The position numbers and the translations under genes are program-made. From Acidimicrobiales bacterium (lineage in GTDB: Bacteria > Actinomycetota > Acidimicrobiia > Acidimicrobiales > JBBRAZ01), in contig JBBRAZ010000002.1 of assembly GCA_038206295.1 (NCBI GenBank), forward strand, positions 39,267 to 103,266: 64,000 nucleotides of DNA, given 5' to 3'. Shown here in pieces: positions 9,257 through 19,300 of the stretch (positions are counted from its first letter, which is position 1; each line of letters opens with the position of its first letter). The notes beneath the pieces are model-generated. The model had not been told where the DNA came from, made no database searches, and was given only the letters and a program-made list of their open reading frames with translations.

Positions 9257-10263
9257 TGACCGCCGCAGGTCCACGCCGAGGGCCCGCAGCGCTCGCGGCC
9301 TGCGCGGTCGCCCTGCTGGCGGTGGCGTGCGCGAGCGACGACGGCGCGGGTGAGGAGGGCGCGTCGACGACCACGGCATCGGAGGCGAGCACGACCAGCA
9401 CCACCGTCGCCGAGTCCCTCGAGCAGCTGCCGGAGCCGGTGCAGGTCCTCGACATCGACGGCACCGAGTACACCTTCGACATCAGCCCGGACCCGGCATC
9501 GGGCATCCGGCCGGGCTGGACGCTCATCCGCTTCCACAACGTCGGGGCCGAAGCGCACCAGGTGATGTTCGCCCGCCTCAAGGACGGCGTCGACCTCGCC
9601 GAGGTGGCCGCCGCCGGCGCCGGCGACTCGTCGGGCGCGGGGGCGATCGAGTTCGTCGACATGATCGGCGGGGTCAGCTACATCGATGGCGGCCACGACC
9701 TCACCGCGCTGGTCGACCTGCCCGAGGGCACCGTCATGGCCATGTGCTACGTGCCCGACGCCGAGGGCGTGGCGCACGCCCTGCAGGGGATGTCGACGCT
9801 GCTGGCGGTCGCCCCGCCCGCCGCCGGGGTCACCACCTCGGTGTCAGGTGGTGACGCGGAGGACCCGGCGACCACGTCGCGCGACGTCGTCGGCACCATC
9901 GAGATGGCCGCCGACGGGTACCGCTTCCCCGACGAGGTGGGCCCCGGCTGGTACCACGTGGTCAACACCGACACGGCCGACCCGGCGCGGGGGCTGCACG
10001 AGCTGTCGCTGATGCGCCTCGGCGAGCCGGTGCCCGACGACGACATCGATGCGCTGGTGGCCGACCTCGCCGCCAACATCGCACCGAGCGTCCCGCTCGA
10101 GGCGGTCGGCGGGCTCGGTGCCATCTCCGCGGGCTTCGACGGGTACCTCTACCTGGACCTCGATCCCGGCCAGTACCTGGCGGTCGACTTCATGCCCGAT
10201 CCCCGCGACCCACGCCCCCACATGCTCGACGGCTACGTCGGCACGTTCACCGTCGCGCCCTAG
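9256..10263 (+). CDS. secreted lipoprotein, function unknown
   Basis: Its ATG overlaps the upstream TGA (ATGA). The signal peptide has the lipobox LLAVACAS. A Ser/Thr-rich linker follows. Confidence 0.65.
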   Translation: MTAAGPRRGPAALAACAVALLAVACASDDGAGEEGASTTTASEASTTSTTVAESLEQLPEPVQVLDIDGTEYTFDISPDPASGIRPGWTLIRFHNVGAEAHQVMFARLKDGVDLAEVAAAGAGDSSGAGAIEFVDMIGGVSYIDGGHDLTALVDLPEGTVMAMCYVPDAEGVAHALQGMSTLLAVAPPAAGVTTSVSGGDAEDPATTSRDVVGTIEMAADGYRFPDEVGPGWYHVVNTDTADPARGLHELSLMRLGEPVPDDDIDALVADLAANIAPSVPLEAVGGLGAISAGFDGYLYLDLDPGQYLAVDFMPDPRDPRPHMLDGYVGTFTVAP

Positions 10264-10283
10264 TCACCCGCCGCGTCGCCGCC

Positions 10284-10392
10284 CCTGTGCGTAGGTGCGT
10301 GCGCGAAACACTCACTCAGGTACGCACAGGCGCGTGGGGCGGGCCTCGGTGCGTAGGTGAGTGCGCGAAACAGTCACTCAGGTACGCACAGG
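10284..10392. repeat. two tandem copies of a ~46-bp imperfect palindromic element between convergent genes
   Basis: Copy 1 (10284-10330) is CCTGTGCGTAGGTGCGTGCGCGAAACACTCACTCAGGTACGCACAGG. Copy 2 (10348-10392) is nearly identical. Each is bounded by the inverted ends TGTGCGTA / TACGCACA. Confidence 0.8.
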
Positions 10393-10417
10393 GGCTTGGG
10401 TGCGGGGGCCTGGTGGC

Positions 10418-11452
10418 TCAGGTCGGGCAGAGGGCCCAGAGGTCGAGGTCGAGCAGGACGCCCGGCGCGTACTTGTCGTCCTCGCCGCGCAGCGTCATGG
10501 ACTCGTCGCGCCCTGCCGTCGCCACGAGGCGCAGGCGCAGCGCGCCGACGCCGGGTGCCGCCACCTCGGCCTTGTCGATCACCTCGGACCAGGCGTACAC
10601 CGTCGTGCCGGCGAACGCAGGCGCGGTGTGCGCGCCGGCGTTGATCGCCGCGATGAGCTGCGCGTTGGCGAGGCCGTTGAACGACAGCGCGCGGGCCATG
10701 GAGATGATGTGGCCGCCGTAGATGAGGCGGGTGCCGTCGGGGCGGGCCTCGGTGTTGAAGTGCACCTTGGCGGTGTTCTGCCACAGGCGCGTGGCCATCA
10801 TGTGCTCGGCGTCGGTGAGGGTGACGCCGTCGACGTGGTCGATCTTCTCGCCCACCGCGTAGTCGCCCCAGCGGTGCGGCTCGCCCGCGGCCCCGAAGTC
10901 GTAGCTGGCGAAGGTCAGGCCCTCGGGGACGACCAGGTCCTCGGGAGCCATCGCCGAGGCGAGCTCCGGCACCACGGCGTCGGGCGCCGGCGCGGCGTGG
11001 TCGCGCTTGTTGACCATGACCCAGCGCGCCCAGTCGATGGCGGTGCGGTCGAGCTGGTCGGTCGCGGTCGAGCGCACGTAGACGACGCCGGTGCGCCCGT
11101 TGGAGTTCTCCTTGAGACCGATGACCTCCGAGCGGGTGCGCAGCGTGTCGCCGGGGTGGACCGGTCGGTGGAAGCGGAGCTCGGCGTAGCCGAGGTTCGC
11201 CACGGCGTTGAGCGACACGTCGGGCACGGTCTTGCCGAAGGCGATGTGGAACCCGAGCAGCTCCTCGACCGGCGCCGGGTCGAGCCCGCACGACGCTGCG
11301 AACGCGGCGGATGACGGCAGGGCGAAGCGCGTCGGGTACAGCGCGCCGTACAGGGCCCGGTCGCCCTCGGTGACGGTGCGCGGCGTGGCGTGCTCGATCA
11401 CCTGGCCCAGTTCGAAGTCCTCGAAGAAGTTGCCGGGGTTGGTCTTGCTCAT
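10418..11452 (-). CDS. MaoC-family (double hot-dog) enoyl-CoA hydratase, mesaconyl-/2-methylfumaryl-CoA hydratase-like
   Basis: 344 aa. The N-terminus NFFEDFELGQVIEH is typical of MaoC dehydratases. The length fits a double hot-dog fold. Confidence 0.8.
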   Translation of the reverse strand: MSKTNPGNFFEDFELGQVIEHATPRTVTEGDRALYGALYPTRFALPSSAAFAASCGLDPAPVEELLGFHIAFGKTVPDVSLNAVANLGYAELRFHRPVHPGDTLRTRSEVIGLKENSNGRTGVVYVRSTATDQLDRTAIDWARWVMVNKRDHAAPAPDAVVPELASAMAPEDLVVPEGLTFASYDFGAAGEPHRWGDYAVGEKIDHVDGVTLTDAEHMMATRLWQNTAKVHFNTEARPDGTRLIYGGHIISMARALSFNGLANAQLIAAINAGAHTAPAFAGTTVYAWSEVIDKAEVAAPGVGALRLRLVATAGRDESMTLRGEDDKYAPGVLLDLDLWALCPT

Positions 11453-11533
11453 CGGTCCCTCGCTGCTGCGTCGGTGAACGGCCAGAACCTACCGACCCGA
11501 CCACGCGCCGGGCGAGGCGCCGAAGAACGGGGG

Positions 11534-13720
11534 ATGGCGCGGCGGCAGTACGGTGAGCGTCCGATGAGCGACTCCTCCCCCTGGGCCTCTGGCCGACCGG
11601 CCGCGTCGCTCGTCGACGGCGGCGGCCCCGTCACGCTGGTGGAGGGCTCGTCGTTCTGCCTGTCGGGGCGCACCGGCGACATCGACGCCAGCCTCCCGCA
11701 GGGGCTCTTCCTCCTCGACACGCGGCTGCTCTCCACGTGGTGCCTGCTCGTCGACGGTCGCGCTCTCGAGCCGCTCGCGGTGTCGCACAGCGCCCCGTTC
11801 CAGGGCACGTTCCTCGGGCGGGTGCGCACCGACGTGGGCCGCGCCGAGAGCGACGTGGTGGTGTTCCGCCGCCGCAGCGTGGGGCGTGGCATGCGCGAGC
11901 AGCTCTCGGTGCGCAACTACGGCTCGGCGCCGGTGTCGGTGCGCCTCGAGCTGTTCGCCGACACCGACTTCGCCGACCTCTTCTCGGTGAAGGAGCTGCG
12001 GGCGCAGGTGCCCGACGGGATGCGCGCCTCGTGCGGACCGACGCAGCTGGCCTTCGAGCAGGACTCGCCCCGCGGGCTGCTCGAGGTGCACGTCGCTCTG
12101 TCGGAGGAAGCGGAGGTAGCGCCCGGCCACGCCACGTGGGACCTCGAGCTCGAGGCGAAGGGCACCGCCGAGCTGTGCGTCGAGGTGCACCTGCGCGTCG
12201 CCGGCCAGGGGTTCGATCCTCGGTTCCGCTGCGGCGAGGAGGAGCACGACGCCGAGCCGATGGCGCGCCTGGAGCAGTGGCGAGCGGGAGCGCCGCGGCT
12301 TCGCACCGACCACAAGATCCTCGAGCGCGTCGTGGCGCGGTCCATCGAGGACCTGGGCGCGCTGCGCATCTTCGATCCCGAGCACCCCGACACGCCGGTG
12401 ATCGCGGCGGGGGCACCGTGGTTCATGACGCTGTTCGGCCGCGACTCGCTGATCACCGGGTGGATGAGCCTGCTGGTCGACCCGTCGCTGGCGGTCGGCG
12501 TGGTGGAGACCCTGGCGCGCCTGCAGGGCACGACGGTCGACCCGGATTCGGAGGAGGAGCCGGGCCGCATCCTGCACGAGGTCCGCTTCGACACCTCCTC
12601 CAGCCTGTCGCTCGGCGGCGGGTCGATCTACTACGGCACCGTGGATGCCACGCCGCTGTTCGTGATGCTGCTGGGCGAGCTGGGGCGCTGGGGCCTCGCC
12701 GATGAGGTGGTGCACCGGCTCCTGCCCGCAGCGGACCGGGCGCTGGAGTGGATCGAGCGCTTCGGCGACGAGGACGGCGACGGCTACGTGACCTACGAGC
12801 GCTCCAGCGAGGGGGGGCTCGCCAACCAGGGGTGGAAGGACTCGTGGGACGGCATCTCCTTCGCCGACGGTCGCCTGCCCGAGGCGCCCATCGCCCTGTG
12901 CGAGGTGCAGGGCTACACCTACGCGGCGTACCTGTCGCGCGCGTACTTCGCGCTCGACGCCGGCGACGGCGCCACCTTCGACCGCTATCGCGACAAGGCC
13001 GCGGCGCTCAAGGAGGCCTTCAACCGCGACTTCTGGCTTCCGGACCGCGGCTGGTTCGCGCTCGGGCTCGACGCCGAGCGCGCACCGATCGACGCGCTGG
13101 CATCGAACATGGGCCACTGCCTGTGGACGGGCATCATCGACGAGGACAAGGCCGCCGCGGTCGCCGAGCGCCTGCTGTCGCCGGAGATGTTCAGCGGGTG
13201 GGGGATCCGCACGCTGGCCTCGACGATGGCCCGCTACAACCCCGTCAGCTACCACAACGGGTCCGTGTGGCCACACGACAACGCGCTGATCGTGGCCGGG
13301 CTCATGCGCTACGGGTTCATCGAGCAGGCCCACACCGTGATCGAGGGGCTGCTCGAGGCGGCGGACGCGATGGGCGGGCGACTGCCCGAGCTGTTCGCCG
13401 GCTTCGACCGCGACGAGCTGCCGGTGCCGGCGTCGTACCCGGCGTCGTGCGTGCCGCAGGCGTGGGCCGCGGGCGCGCCGCTGCTGCTGCTGCGCTCGAT
13501 GCTGCACCTCGACCCGTGGGTGCGCCGGGGGCGGCTCCACGTCGCGCCGACGCTGCCGCCGGGCGTCGATCGCCTGGAGCTGCGCGACGTCGCGCTGGCC
13601 GGTCGGCGGGTCACCGTGCGCTGGGCCGATGGTGTGACCGAGGTCGACGGTCTCGACGACATGGTCCTCGACCGGACCCCACGGCCCGCGTCCAGCCGGG
13701 CGCTCACCCTCGAGCGCTGA
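11534..13720 (+). CDS. amylo-alpha-1,6-glucosidase / glycogen-debranching-enzyme family protein
   Basis: The ATG at 11534 is preceded by GGGGG. The motif AGAPWFMTLFGRDSLI and the C-terminal (alpha/alpha)6-type region (NQGWKDSWD, WPHDNA) are present. Confidence 0.85.
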   Translation: MARRQYGERPMSDSSPWASGRPAASLVDGGGPVTLVEGSSFCLSGRTGDIDASLPQGLFLLDTRLLSTWCLLVDGRALEPLAVSHSAPFQGTFLGRVRTDVGRAESDVVVFRRRSVGRGMREQLSVRNYGSAPVSVRLELFADTDFADLFSVKELRAQVPDGMRASCGPTQLAFEQDSPRGLLEVHVALSEEAEVAPGHATWDLELEAKGTAELCVEVHLRVAGQGFDPRFRCGEEEHDAEPMARLEQWRAGAPRLRTDHKILERVVARSIEDLGALRIFDPEHPDTPVIAAGAPWFMTLFGRDSLITGWMSLLVDPSLAVGVVETLARLQGTTVDPDSEEEPGRILHEVRFDTSSSLSLGGGSIYYGTVDATPLFVMLLGELGRWGLADEVVHRLLPAADRALEWIERFGDEDGDGYVTYERSSEGGLANQGWKDSWDGISFADGRLPEAPIALCEVQGYTYAAYLSRAYFALDAGDGATFDRYRDKAAALKEAFNRDFWLPDRGWFALGLDAERAPIDALASNMGHCLWTGIIDEDKAAAVAERLLSPEMFSGWGIRTLASTMARYNPVSYHNGSVWPHDNALIVAGLMRYGFIEQAHTVIEGLLEAADAMGGRLPELFAGFDRDELPVPASYPASCVPQAWAAGAPLLLLRSMLHLDPWVRRGRLHVAPTLPPGVDRLELRDVALAGRRVTVRWADGVTEVDGLDDMVLDRTPRPASSRALTLER

Positions 13721-13857
13721 GCCCCCGGGAGGAGATGCGGGGTCGTCCCCGTACGCTTGGGTGACCGAGTGCCCTAGTCGAACGGGCCCTGCACGTGATC
13801 CTCTGCAAGTGGGTAGAGGCGAGGTTGCTCGTCAGCCCCCGAGAAGCGAGGACAGAG

Positions 13858-14901
13858 ATGCGAATCGCGATGATCGCCCCACCGTGGGTGGCCGTCCCTC
13901 CGCCGGCCTACGGCGGCACCGAAGCCGTCATCGACCAGCTCTGCCAGGGCCTGGTCGCTGCCGGACACGAGGTGACGCTGTTCGCCACCGGCGACAGCAC
14001 CTGCCCGGTGCCGGTGCGCTCGGTGTACCGGGATGCGAACGGCATCGACATGGGCAACGCGGCGATCGAGCTGCGCCACGTCTTGTTCGCGCACGGGCAG
14101 CTCGGCGAGTTCGACGTCGTGCACGATCACACCCTCGCCGGCCCCGTCCTGGCCGCCGCCAGCGGCGACCTGGCGCTGGTCACCACCAACCACGGCACGT
14201 TCAACGACGAGCTGGCCGCCATCTACCGCCAGGTGGCCAACCGGGTGCCGGTCATCGCCATCTCGGCACGCCAGGCCGCCGGCGCCGGCGACATCCCGAT
14301 CGCCGCGGTCATCCACCACGGCGTCGACGTCGACGCGTTCCCCGTGGGTCCCGGTGGCGACGGCCTCGTCTTCCTGGGGCGCATGGCGGAGTCCAAGGGC
14401 GTGCACCTCGCGGCCCGCGCCGCTCGCGAGGCCGGGGTGCCGCTGCGCATCGCGGCGAAGATGCGCGAGGCGCCGGAGTACGAGTACTTCGAGCGCAAGG
14501 TGCGTCCGCTGCTGGGTGACGGCGTCGAGTACCTCGGCGAGGTCGGCTTCGACGAGAAGCTCGAGCTGCTCGGCGGGGCCCGTGCGCTGCTCAACCCCAT
14601 CCAGTGGGAGGAGCCGTTCGGCATGGTGATGATCGAGTCCCTCGCGGTGGGCACCCCGGTGCTCACGTTCCCGCTCGGCGCCGCGCCCGAGATCGTCGAC
14701 CACGGCGTGACGGGCTACCTGAGCGACACGTGGGACGAGCTGGTCACCAGCATCGACGGCGCCTCGGCGCTCGATCGCGCCGCGTGCCGCGCCGCGGTCG
14801 AGGCGAGGTTCTCGACCGCACGCATGGTGTCGGACCACCTGGCGCTGTACCAGCAGACCATCGCCGCAGCCGCCATCCGCGGCGTCGTCACCGCCGCCTG
14901 A
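13858..14901 (+). CDS. glycosyltransferase family 4
   Basis: The N-terminus MRIAMIAPPWVAVPPPAYGGTE and the EPFGMVMIESLAVGTPV (E-x7-E) motif are present. Confidence 0.9.
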   Translation: MRIAMIAPPWVAVPPPAYGGTEAVIDQLCQGLVAAGHEVTLFATGDSTCPVPVRSVYRDANGIDMGNAAIELRHVLFAHGQLGEFDVVHDHTLAGPVLAAASGDLALVTTNHGTFNDELAAIYRQVANRVPVIAISARQAAGAGDIPIAAVIHHGVDVDAFPVGPGGDGLVFLGRMAESKGVHLAARAAREAGVPLRIAAKMREAPEYEYFERKVRPLLGDGVEYLGEVGFDEKLELLGGARALLNPIQWEEPFGMVMIESLAVGTPVLTFPLGAAPEIVDHGVTGYLSDTWDELVTSIDGASALDRAACRAAVEARFSTARMVSDHLALYQQTIAAAAIRGVVTAA

Positions 14902-14907
14902 GGATCA

Positions 14908-16134
14908 TCACCTGGTCCACAAGGCGGAGATCGGCACGGCCCACACGTCCGGGCCGATGGGCAGGACGTGGCGTCCGGCGTAGAGCACCAGCCCGCGCCG
15001 GAGCCTCGACGCGTAGCGCGCTCGGAACGCGTCGATCCCCGCGGTTGCGCCGCGGGGCACCTCGCGGGTGCGCTTGACCTCGATCGCGACGAACCCGCCA
15101 TCTCGTTCGATCACGAGGTCGACCTCGTCGCGGTTGCGGTCTCGCCAGTGGAAGAGCCCGTCGACGCCGCCCAGCCACTCGATCTGCGTGGCGATCTCGT
15201 TCACCACGAACGACTCGAGCAGGGCCACGCGGCGATCGTCGCTGATCCCGCCGGGGTCGGGAGCGACGAGGATCGGATCGGCCATGTGCAGCTTGGGCAC
15301 CGCTCGCTCGGTGTCGGTGGCCTTGAGGCGCAGTCCGGGCAGCCGGCGGATGAGCCCCATCTCCTCGAGGAGGTCGAGGTAGCGCGCCGCCGTGCGGCGG
15401 TCGATGGCGAGGTCGGCGACCAGGTGCGAGATCACCAGCTCGTGGCCGACGACGCCGGCGATGCCGTCGAGGAGACGAACGAGGCGCCGATGGTCCACGA
15501 CGTGATCGGACTCGGCGAGGGTCTGCGGCACGATGCTGCGCAGGTAGTCGCGCCGCCACCTCCGCTGGTCGGCGTCGGACGTCACGAGGAGTGGGAAGCC
15601 GGTGGCGGCTGCCTCCTCGTCGTAGGTGGTCGCGGGGAGATCGGCGACCGCGAGCGTGCTCGGATCGCCCGACAGCAGCACCTCGAGGGTCGCGTCGGCG
15701 TGGCCGTGGCGCTCAGCGGCGTTGAGCGGACCCAGCTCGAAGCGGGTGAGGCGACCGGCGAGCGGGTGGGTGCCACCCATGGTGGGCAGGTCGACGCGGG
15801 TGGATCCCGTCAGGAGGAAGTGGCCGGGCCGTCCGTCCGCGTCGACCGCCTCCTTGATCGGCACGAGCACCTCGGGGACGAGCTGCGCCTCGTCGATGAT
15901 CGTGCCGAAGGGCAGGGACTCGATGAACAGGAGCGGCGAGGCGTGTGCAGCGGCGCGAACGTCGGGGTCGGCGAAGGTGACGGAGCGTTGGTAGGTGCCG
16001 TCGTCGGCGAGGCGCTGCACCAGCGTGGTCTTGCCGCAGGCCCGTGGCCCGATGAGCACCGTCACCGGCAGGCCACCCGAAGCGGCCCGGCGGATCGCGG
16101 GGAGCAGACCCCGGTCGATCCATGCTCGGCTCAT
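14908..16134 (-). CDS. AAA-type ATPase with DUF4143-like C-terminal domain
   Basis: Walker A is GPRACGKTT. Walker B-like is GTIIDEAQ. It is a paralog of the partial gene at 63638. The start is taken at MSRAW (16134); an in-frame GTG at 16158 is an alternative. Confidence 0.8.
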   Translation of the reverse strand: MSRAWIDRGLLPAIRRAASGGLPVTVLIGPRACGKTTLVQRLADDGTYQRSVTFADPDVRAAAHASPLLFIESLPFGTIIDEAQLVPEVLVPIKEAVDADGRPGHFLLTGSTRVDLPTMGGTHPLAGRLTRFELGPLNAAERHGHADATLEVLLSGDPSTLAVADLPATTYDEEAAATGFPLLVTSDADQRRWRRDYLRSIVPQTLAESDHVVDHRRLVRLLDGIAGVVGHELVISHLVADLAIDRRTAARYLDLLEEMGLIRRLPGLRLKATDTERAVPKLHMADPILVAPDPGGISDDRRVALLESFVVNEIATQIEWLGGVDGLFHWRDRNRDEVDLVIERDGGFVAIEVKRTREVPRGATAGIDAFRARYASRLRRGLVLYAGRHVLPIGPDVWAVPISALWTR

Positions 16135-16140
16135 GCCGGC

Positions 16141-16232
16141 AATGTACCAGACCGCCACGAGCGGATGTCATTTTCCGCCAGCCTCGAATGTACATTTCGG
16201 CCAGGATTGGATGTATATTTCAGCCAGCGAGC
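16141..16232. repeat. four tandem 23-bp direct repeats abutting the ATPase start codon
   Basis: Units start at 16141, 16164, 16187 and 16210. The units are AATGTACCAGACCGCCACGAGCG, GATGTCATTTTCCGCCAGCCTCG, AATGTACATTTCGGCCAGGATTG and GATGTATATTTCAGCCAGCGAGC. Confidence 0.85.
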
Positions 16233-17224
16233 TCCCCGCTGTCGTAGGCCTCGGCCAGGAGGTGGACCGAGCGCACGCGGTCCTCGATGGTGAGGGCGTT
16301 GAGCACGACGATCACCTCGTCCGCGTCTGCGTAGCGCCGGAAGTCCTCGAGCTCGGCGGCGACGCGCGCCGGGGTGCCGACCGCGGTGTGGCGCATCATC
16401 CCGGCCACCTGGTGGCCCTGCGGCGAGGCGACGAGCTGGTCGATCTCCTCTTCGGTGAAGCGCCGACCGCCACCCAGGAACGACGCCACGCGCCGTCGCT
16501 TCACGCGCTCGAAGGTGGCGGCTGCCTCGTCGGCGGTCTCGGCGATCACGACGTTGATCCCCGCGGCGACGTGCGGCCGCTCGAGCGCGGCCGATGGCTG
16601 GAAGGTGCGGCGGTAGAGCGCGACAGCGCGCTCGAGGTCGGCGGGGGCGAAGTGCGAGGCGAACGCGTACGGCAGGCCGAGCTGGGCGGCGAGCTCGGCG
16701 CCGTACAGCGACGACCCGAGGACCCAGATCGGCACCTCGGTGCCGGCGCCGGGCACGGCCTTCACCCCGGCGACGATGCTCTCGCCGGCCAGATACGCCT
16801 GGAGCTCGAGGACGTCGTGGGGGAAGGTGGCCGCCGCGTCCCACGTGCGGCGCAGGGCGAGGATCGTGGGCTGGTCGCTGCCCGGTGCCCGTCCGACGCC
16901 CAGCTCGATGCGTCCGGGGTGCAGCGTGGCGAGCGTGCCGAACTGCTCGGCGATCGCCAGCGGCGAGTGGTTGGGGAGCATGATCCCGCCCGCCCCCAGC
17001 GTGATGGTGGAGGTGTGGGCGGCGACGTGGGCGATGAGCACCGCGGTGGCCGAGCTGGCGATCGACGACATGTTGTGGTGCTCCGCGTACCAGACCCGTC
17101 GGAACCCTCGGGCCTCGGCGGCCTGGGCGAGGGCGACGGTGCCCGCCAGCGCCTCGGCCTCGGTGTCGTCTCGCCCGACGACGGCCAGGTCGAGGATGGA
17201 CAGCGGGACCGAGGTGGAGCTCAT
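16220..17224 (-). CDS. LLM-class (luciferase-like) flavin-dependent oxidoreductase
   Basis: 334 aa. The N-terminal region LSILDLA...AEARGFRRVWYAEHHN is typical of this family. Confidence 0.9.
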   Translation of the reverse strand: MSSTSVPLSILDLAVVGRDDTEAEALAGTVALAQAAEARGFRRVWYAEHHNMSSIASSATAVLIAHVAAHTSTITLGAGGIMLPNHSPLAIAEQFGTLATLHPGRIELGVGRAPGSDQPTILALRRTWDAAATFPHDVLELQAYLAGESIVAGVKAVPGAGTEVPIWVLGSSLYGAELAAQLGLPYAFASHFAPADLERAVALYRRTFQPSAALERPHVAAGINVVIAETADEAAATFERVKRRRVASFLGGGRRFTEEEIDQLVASPQGHQVAGMMRHTAVGTPARVAAELEDFRRYADADEVIVVLNALTIEDRVRSVHLLAEAYDSGELAG

Positions 17225-17349
17225 GCCCGAACGCTACGGCCCCCTGTCCGGACTTCGGCGCTGCAACACCGCATGGTGGGCTCCTGCGCCGAAGAACGCC
17301 GGGCGCGCCGAGGCCGGGGCGCCGTGGTGGCGCCCCGGCCCCGCCGGTG

Positions 17350-18612
17350 TCACGAGTAGGAGACGTGGAGGGTGACCGGCACCGAGAAGTTGAACCAGTG
17401 CGGGTCGCCGTAGCCCGGGGGCAGGGCGCCGTCGCCGGCCGCGGGTGCCAGGGTGCGCTGGACGGTGGTGCTGGTCCAGTGGTTGGTGCCCGCCGGGATC
17501 GTGTCGAGGTCGATGTCGATCGACGTCGAGTTCCACGCCAGGCAGGCGTCGTCGTCGTGGCCGTGCGACGCCTGGCCAGCGGCGGTCCAGAACTGGGGCA
17601 GCTCGCAATCCCAGCCGCGAGTCACCCAGAAGTCGAGGCCGACGGTGCGGGGCAGGTCCTTGTAGAGCAGGATGCCCTGGTAGCCCGGCGTGGCGGACTT
17701 GATCGGGCCGTCGAGGCCGAGGTACCAGCCGGTGTGGTCGATGCCGCTCGGCCCGCCGACGATCTCCAGGTCGCCGAACTCGACGAAGACGTCTCGCTGC
17801 GACAGCGTCGTGAAGTGGCCCCAGGCGTACGAGGTGTGGCCGTGCTCGTCGGTGGCGGCGACCATCGCGTGGTAGGTCGTGCCCGGCTCGAGGTGGTCGA
17901 GCGCCCAGAGGTGCTTCGTGGTGCCGTGCGGCGTGGTCTCGAAGTGGGTGTCCTCGTACTCGCCGTCACCATCCAGGTCCGCGATGGCGCTGATGAACAT
18001 CTCGGTGGGGACGGTGGTCTCGACCACGAGCAGGGCGCCGAAGCCTCGGGCGTAGGCGTCGCCGCGCGAGATGCACTGGTGCGAGCAGCTCGGTGCGACC
18101 GCCAGGCCGGTGGGGCCGCCGCCGATGGCGGGGGTGCCCTGCGGAGCGGGCGGGGCGACGAAGTCGAAGCCGGCGGGGACCGGGCCGTCGTCGTCCAGCT
18201 CGCCGATGGGTTCGCTCGGTCCGCTCGGCGGCGGCGGGGTGCCGCCCCCGGGGAGCGTCTCGTGGACGGGCGCCGCGGCCGGGGTGGGCTGCGGGTCCTG
18301 GTCGCCGGGCGATGGTGCGCCGGGGGTGTCGGTGCCTGCCGGCTCGCCGCCGAGGGCGAGGGCCGTCGGGGTGTCGGCCGGGGAGGTGCGGGCAGCAGCC
18401 ACGGCCTCGGAGACCACGTCGATGGCGGGGCCGAGGTCGATCGTGCTGTCGGGGCGCTCGCCGGGACGCTCGGTGGGGCGCTCGGCGACGGTCGTGGTGC
18501 TGGGGGAGGCGGTGGCGACGGTCGTGCTGTCGCTGCCGCCGAGGGCGACGGCGCCGCCGGCGGTGGTGGCCACCAGGGCGATGGCGGTGGCGATGGTGCG
18601 GGTGCGGTGCAT
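17350..18612 (-). CDS. secreted protein of unknown function (Pro-rich linker)
   Basis: It has an N-terminal signal-like segment MHRTRTIATAIALVATTAGGAVA and a low-complexity Pro/Thr region. A globular C-terminal half follows. Confidence 0.65.
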   Translation of the reverse strand: MHRTRTIATAIALVATTAGGAVALGGSDSTTVATASPSTTTVAERPTERPGERPDSTIDLGPAIDVVSEAVAAARTSPADTPTALALGGEPAGTDTPGAPSPGDQDPQPTPAAAPVHETLPGGGTPPPPSGPSEPIGELDDDGPVPAGFDFVAPPAPQGTPAIGGGPTGLAVAPSCSHQCISRGDAYARGFGALLVVETTVPTEMFISAIADLDGDGEYEDTHFETTPHGTTKHLWALDHLEPGTTYHAMVAATDEHGHTSYAWGHFTTLSQRDVFVEFGDLEIVGGPSGIDHTGWYLGLDGPIKSATPGYQGILLYKDLPRTVGLDFWVTRGWDCELPQFWTAAGQASHGHDDDACLAWNSTSIDIDLDTIPAGTNHWTSTTVQRTLAPAAGDGALPPGYGDPHWFNFSVPVTLHVSYS

Positions 18613-18838
18613 GGGGGGCTCCTCTGGTCGGTGTCGACCCCTCCAGTGGGGCCGTCACCACTCCTGACCGACGACCCCCGATCCCCTTACACCCCGCCCC
18701 GACCCAACCGTCCCCCGGCGTGTTGCGGTGTCCCAACCTCGATCTGACCCCCAGAAAGTGCTCCATATGGACACTGAGCACCGCAATTTGGGGAGTCGGT
18801 GTGGGAGGGGTCGGCCCTCGCCGGTCGGGGGTCGCGGT

Positions 18839-19300
18839 TCAGGGGCGGGGGGTGCGCAGGCCGTCGCCGGCGCGCCAGGCCGCCCAGGCTCCCGTCGACC
18901 AGAGCGCCCACGCCACGAGGACGGGCTGGAACACCAGCCGCACGGCGCGCGCCGTGTCCGAGTCGAGCCCGAACGCGTCGTCGCCATCGACGAACTGCGA
19001 GATGTTGCCGGGGAAGACGGCCACGAAGAACGCGGCGACGACCCAGCCGACGAGCACCCGCTGGCGAGCGAGCAGGATCAGCGCGGCGCCCAGCACCAGC
19101 TCGACGACGCCTGACACCACGACGATGACGTCGGGGTCGAGCGGCATCCAGTCGGGCACCTGGGCCTGGAACTCGGTGCGAGACGAGAAGAGGCGCCCCC
19201 TGCCCGCGGCGAGCAGCGCGACGCCGAGCAGGATGCGCAGCGCGAGCTGCACGCGGCGCGTCGCGGTGCTCGACTCGGCCTCGGCTCCCGAGGCGCCCAT
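18839..19300 (-). CDS. DoxX-like small integral membrane protein
   Basis: It has four hydrophobic segments and a VFPGNISQ motif. Its ATG (19300-19298) overlaps the upstream stop by 1 nt (ATGA). Confidence 0.55.
   Translation of the reverse strand: MGASGAEAESSTATRRVQLALRILLGVALLAAGRGRLFSSRTEFQAQVPDWMPLDPDVIVVVSGVVELVLGAALILLARQRVLVGWVVAAFFVAVFPGNISQFVDGDDAFGLDSDTARAVRLVFQPVLVAWALWSTGAWAAWRAGDGLRTPRP

Noticed and set aside
7127-9379. A 750-aa minus-strand ORF. Similar long antisense or off-frame ORFs include 477..1877, 5132..7138, 11489..13540, 21704..24577, 28608..30230, 44566..46539 and 58866..60788.
   Set aside because: Their composition is extreme in Arg/Ala/Gly/Pro/His. They carry no recognisable motifs. 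Each overlaps a motif-bearing gene on the other strand. These are typical high-GC shadow ORFs.
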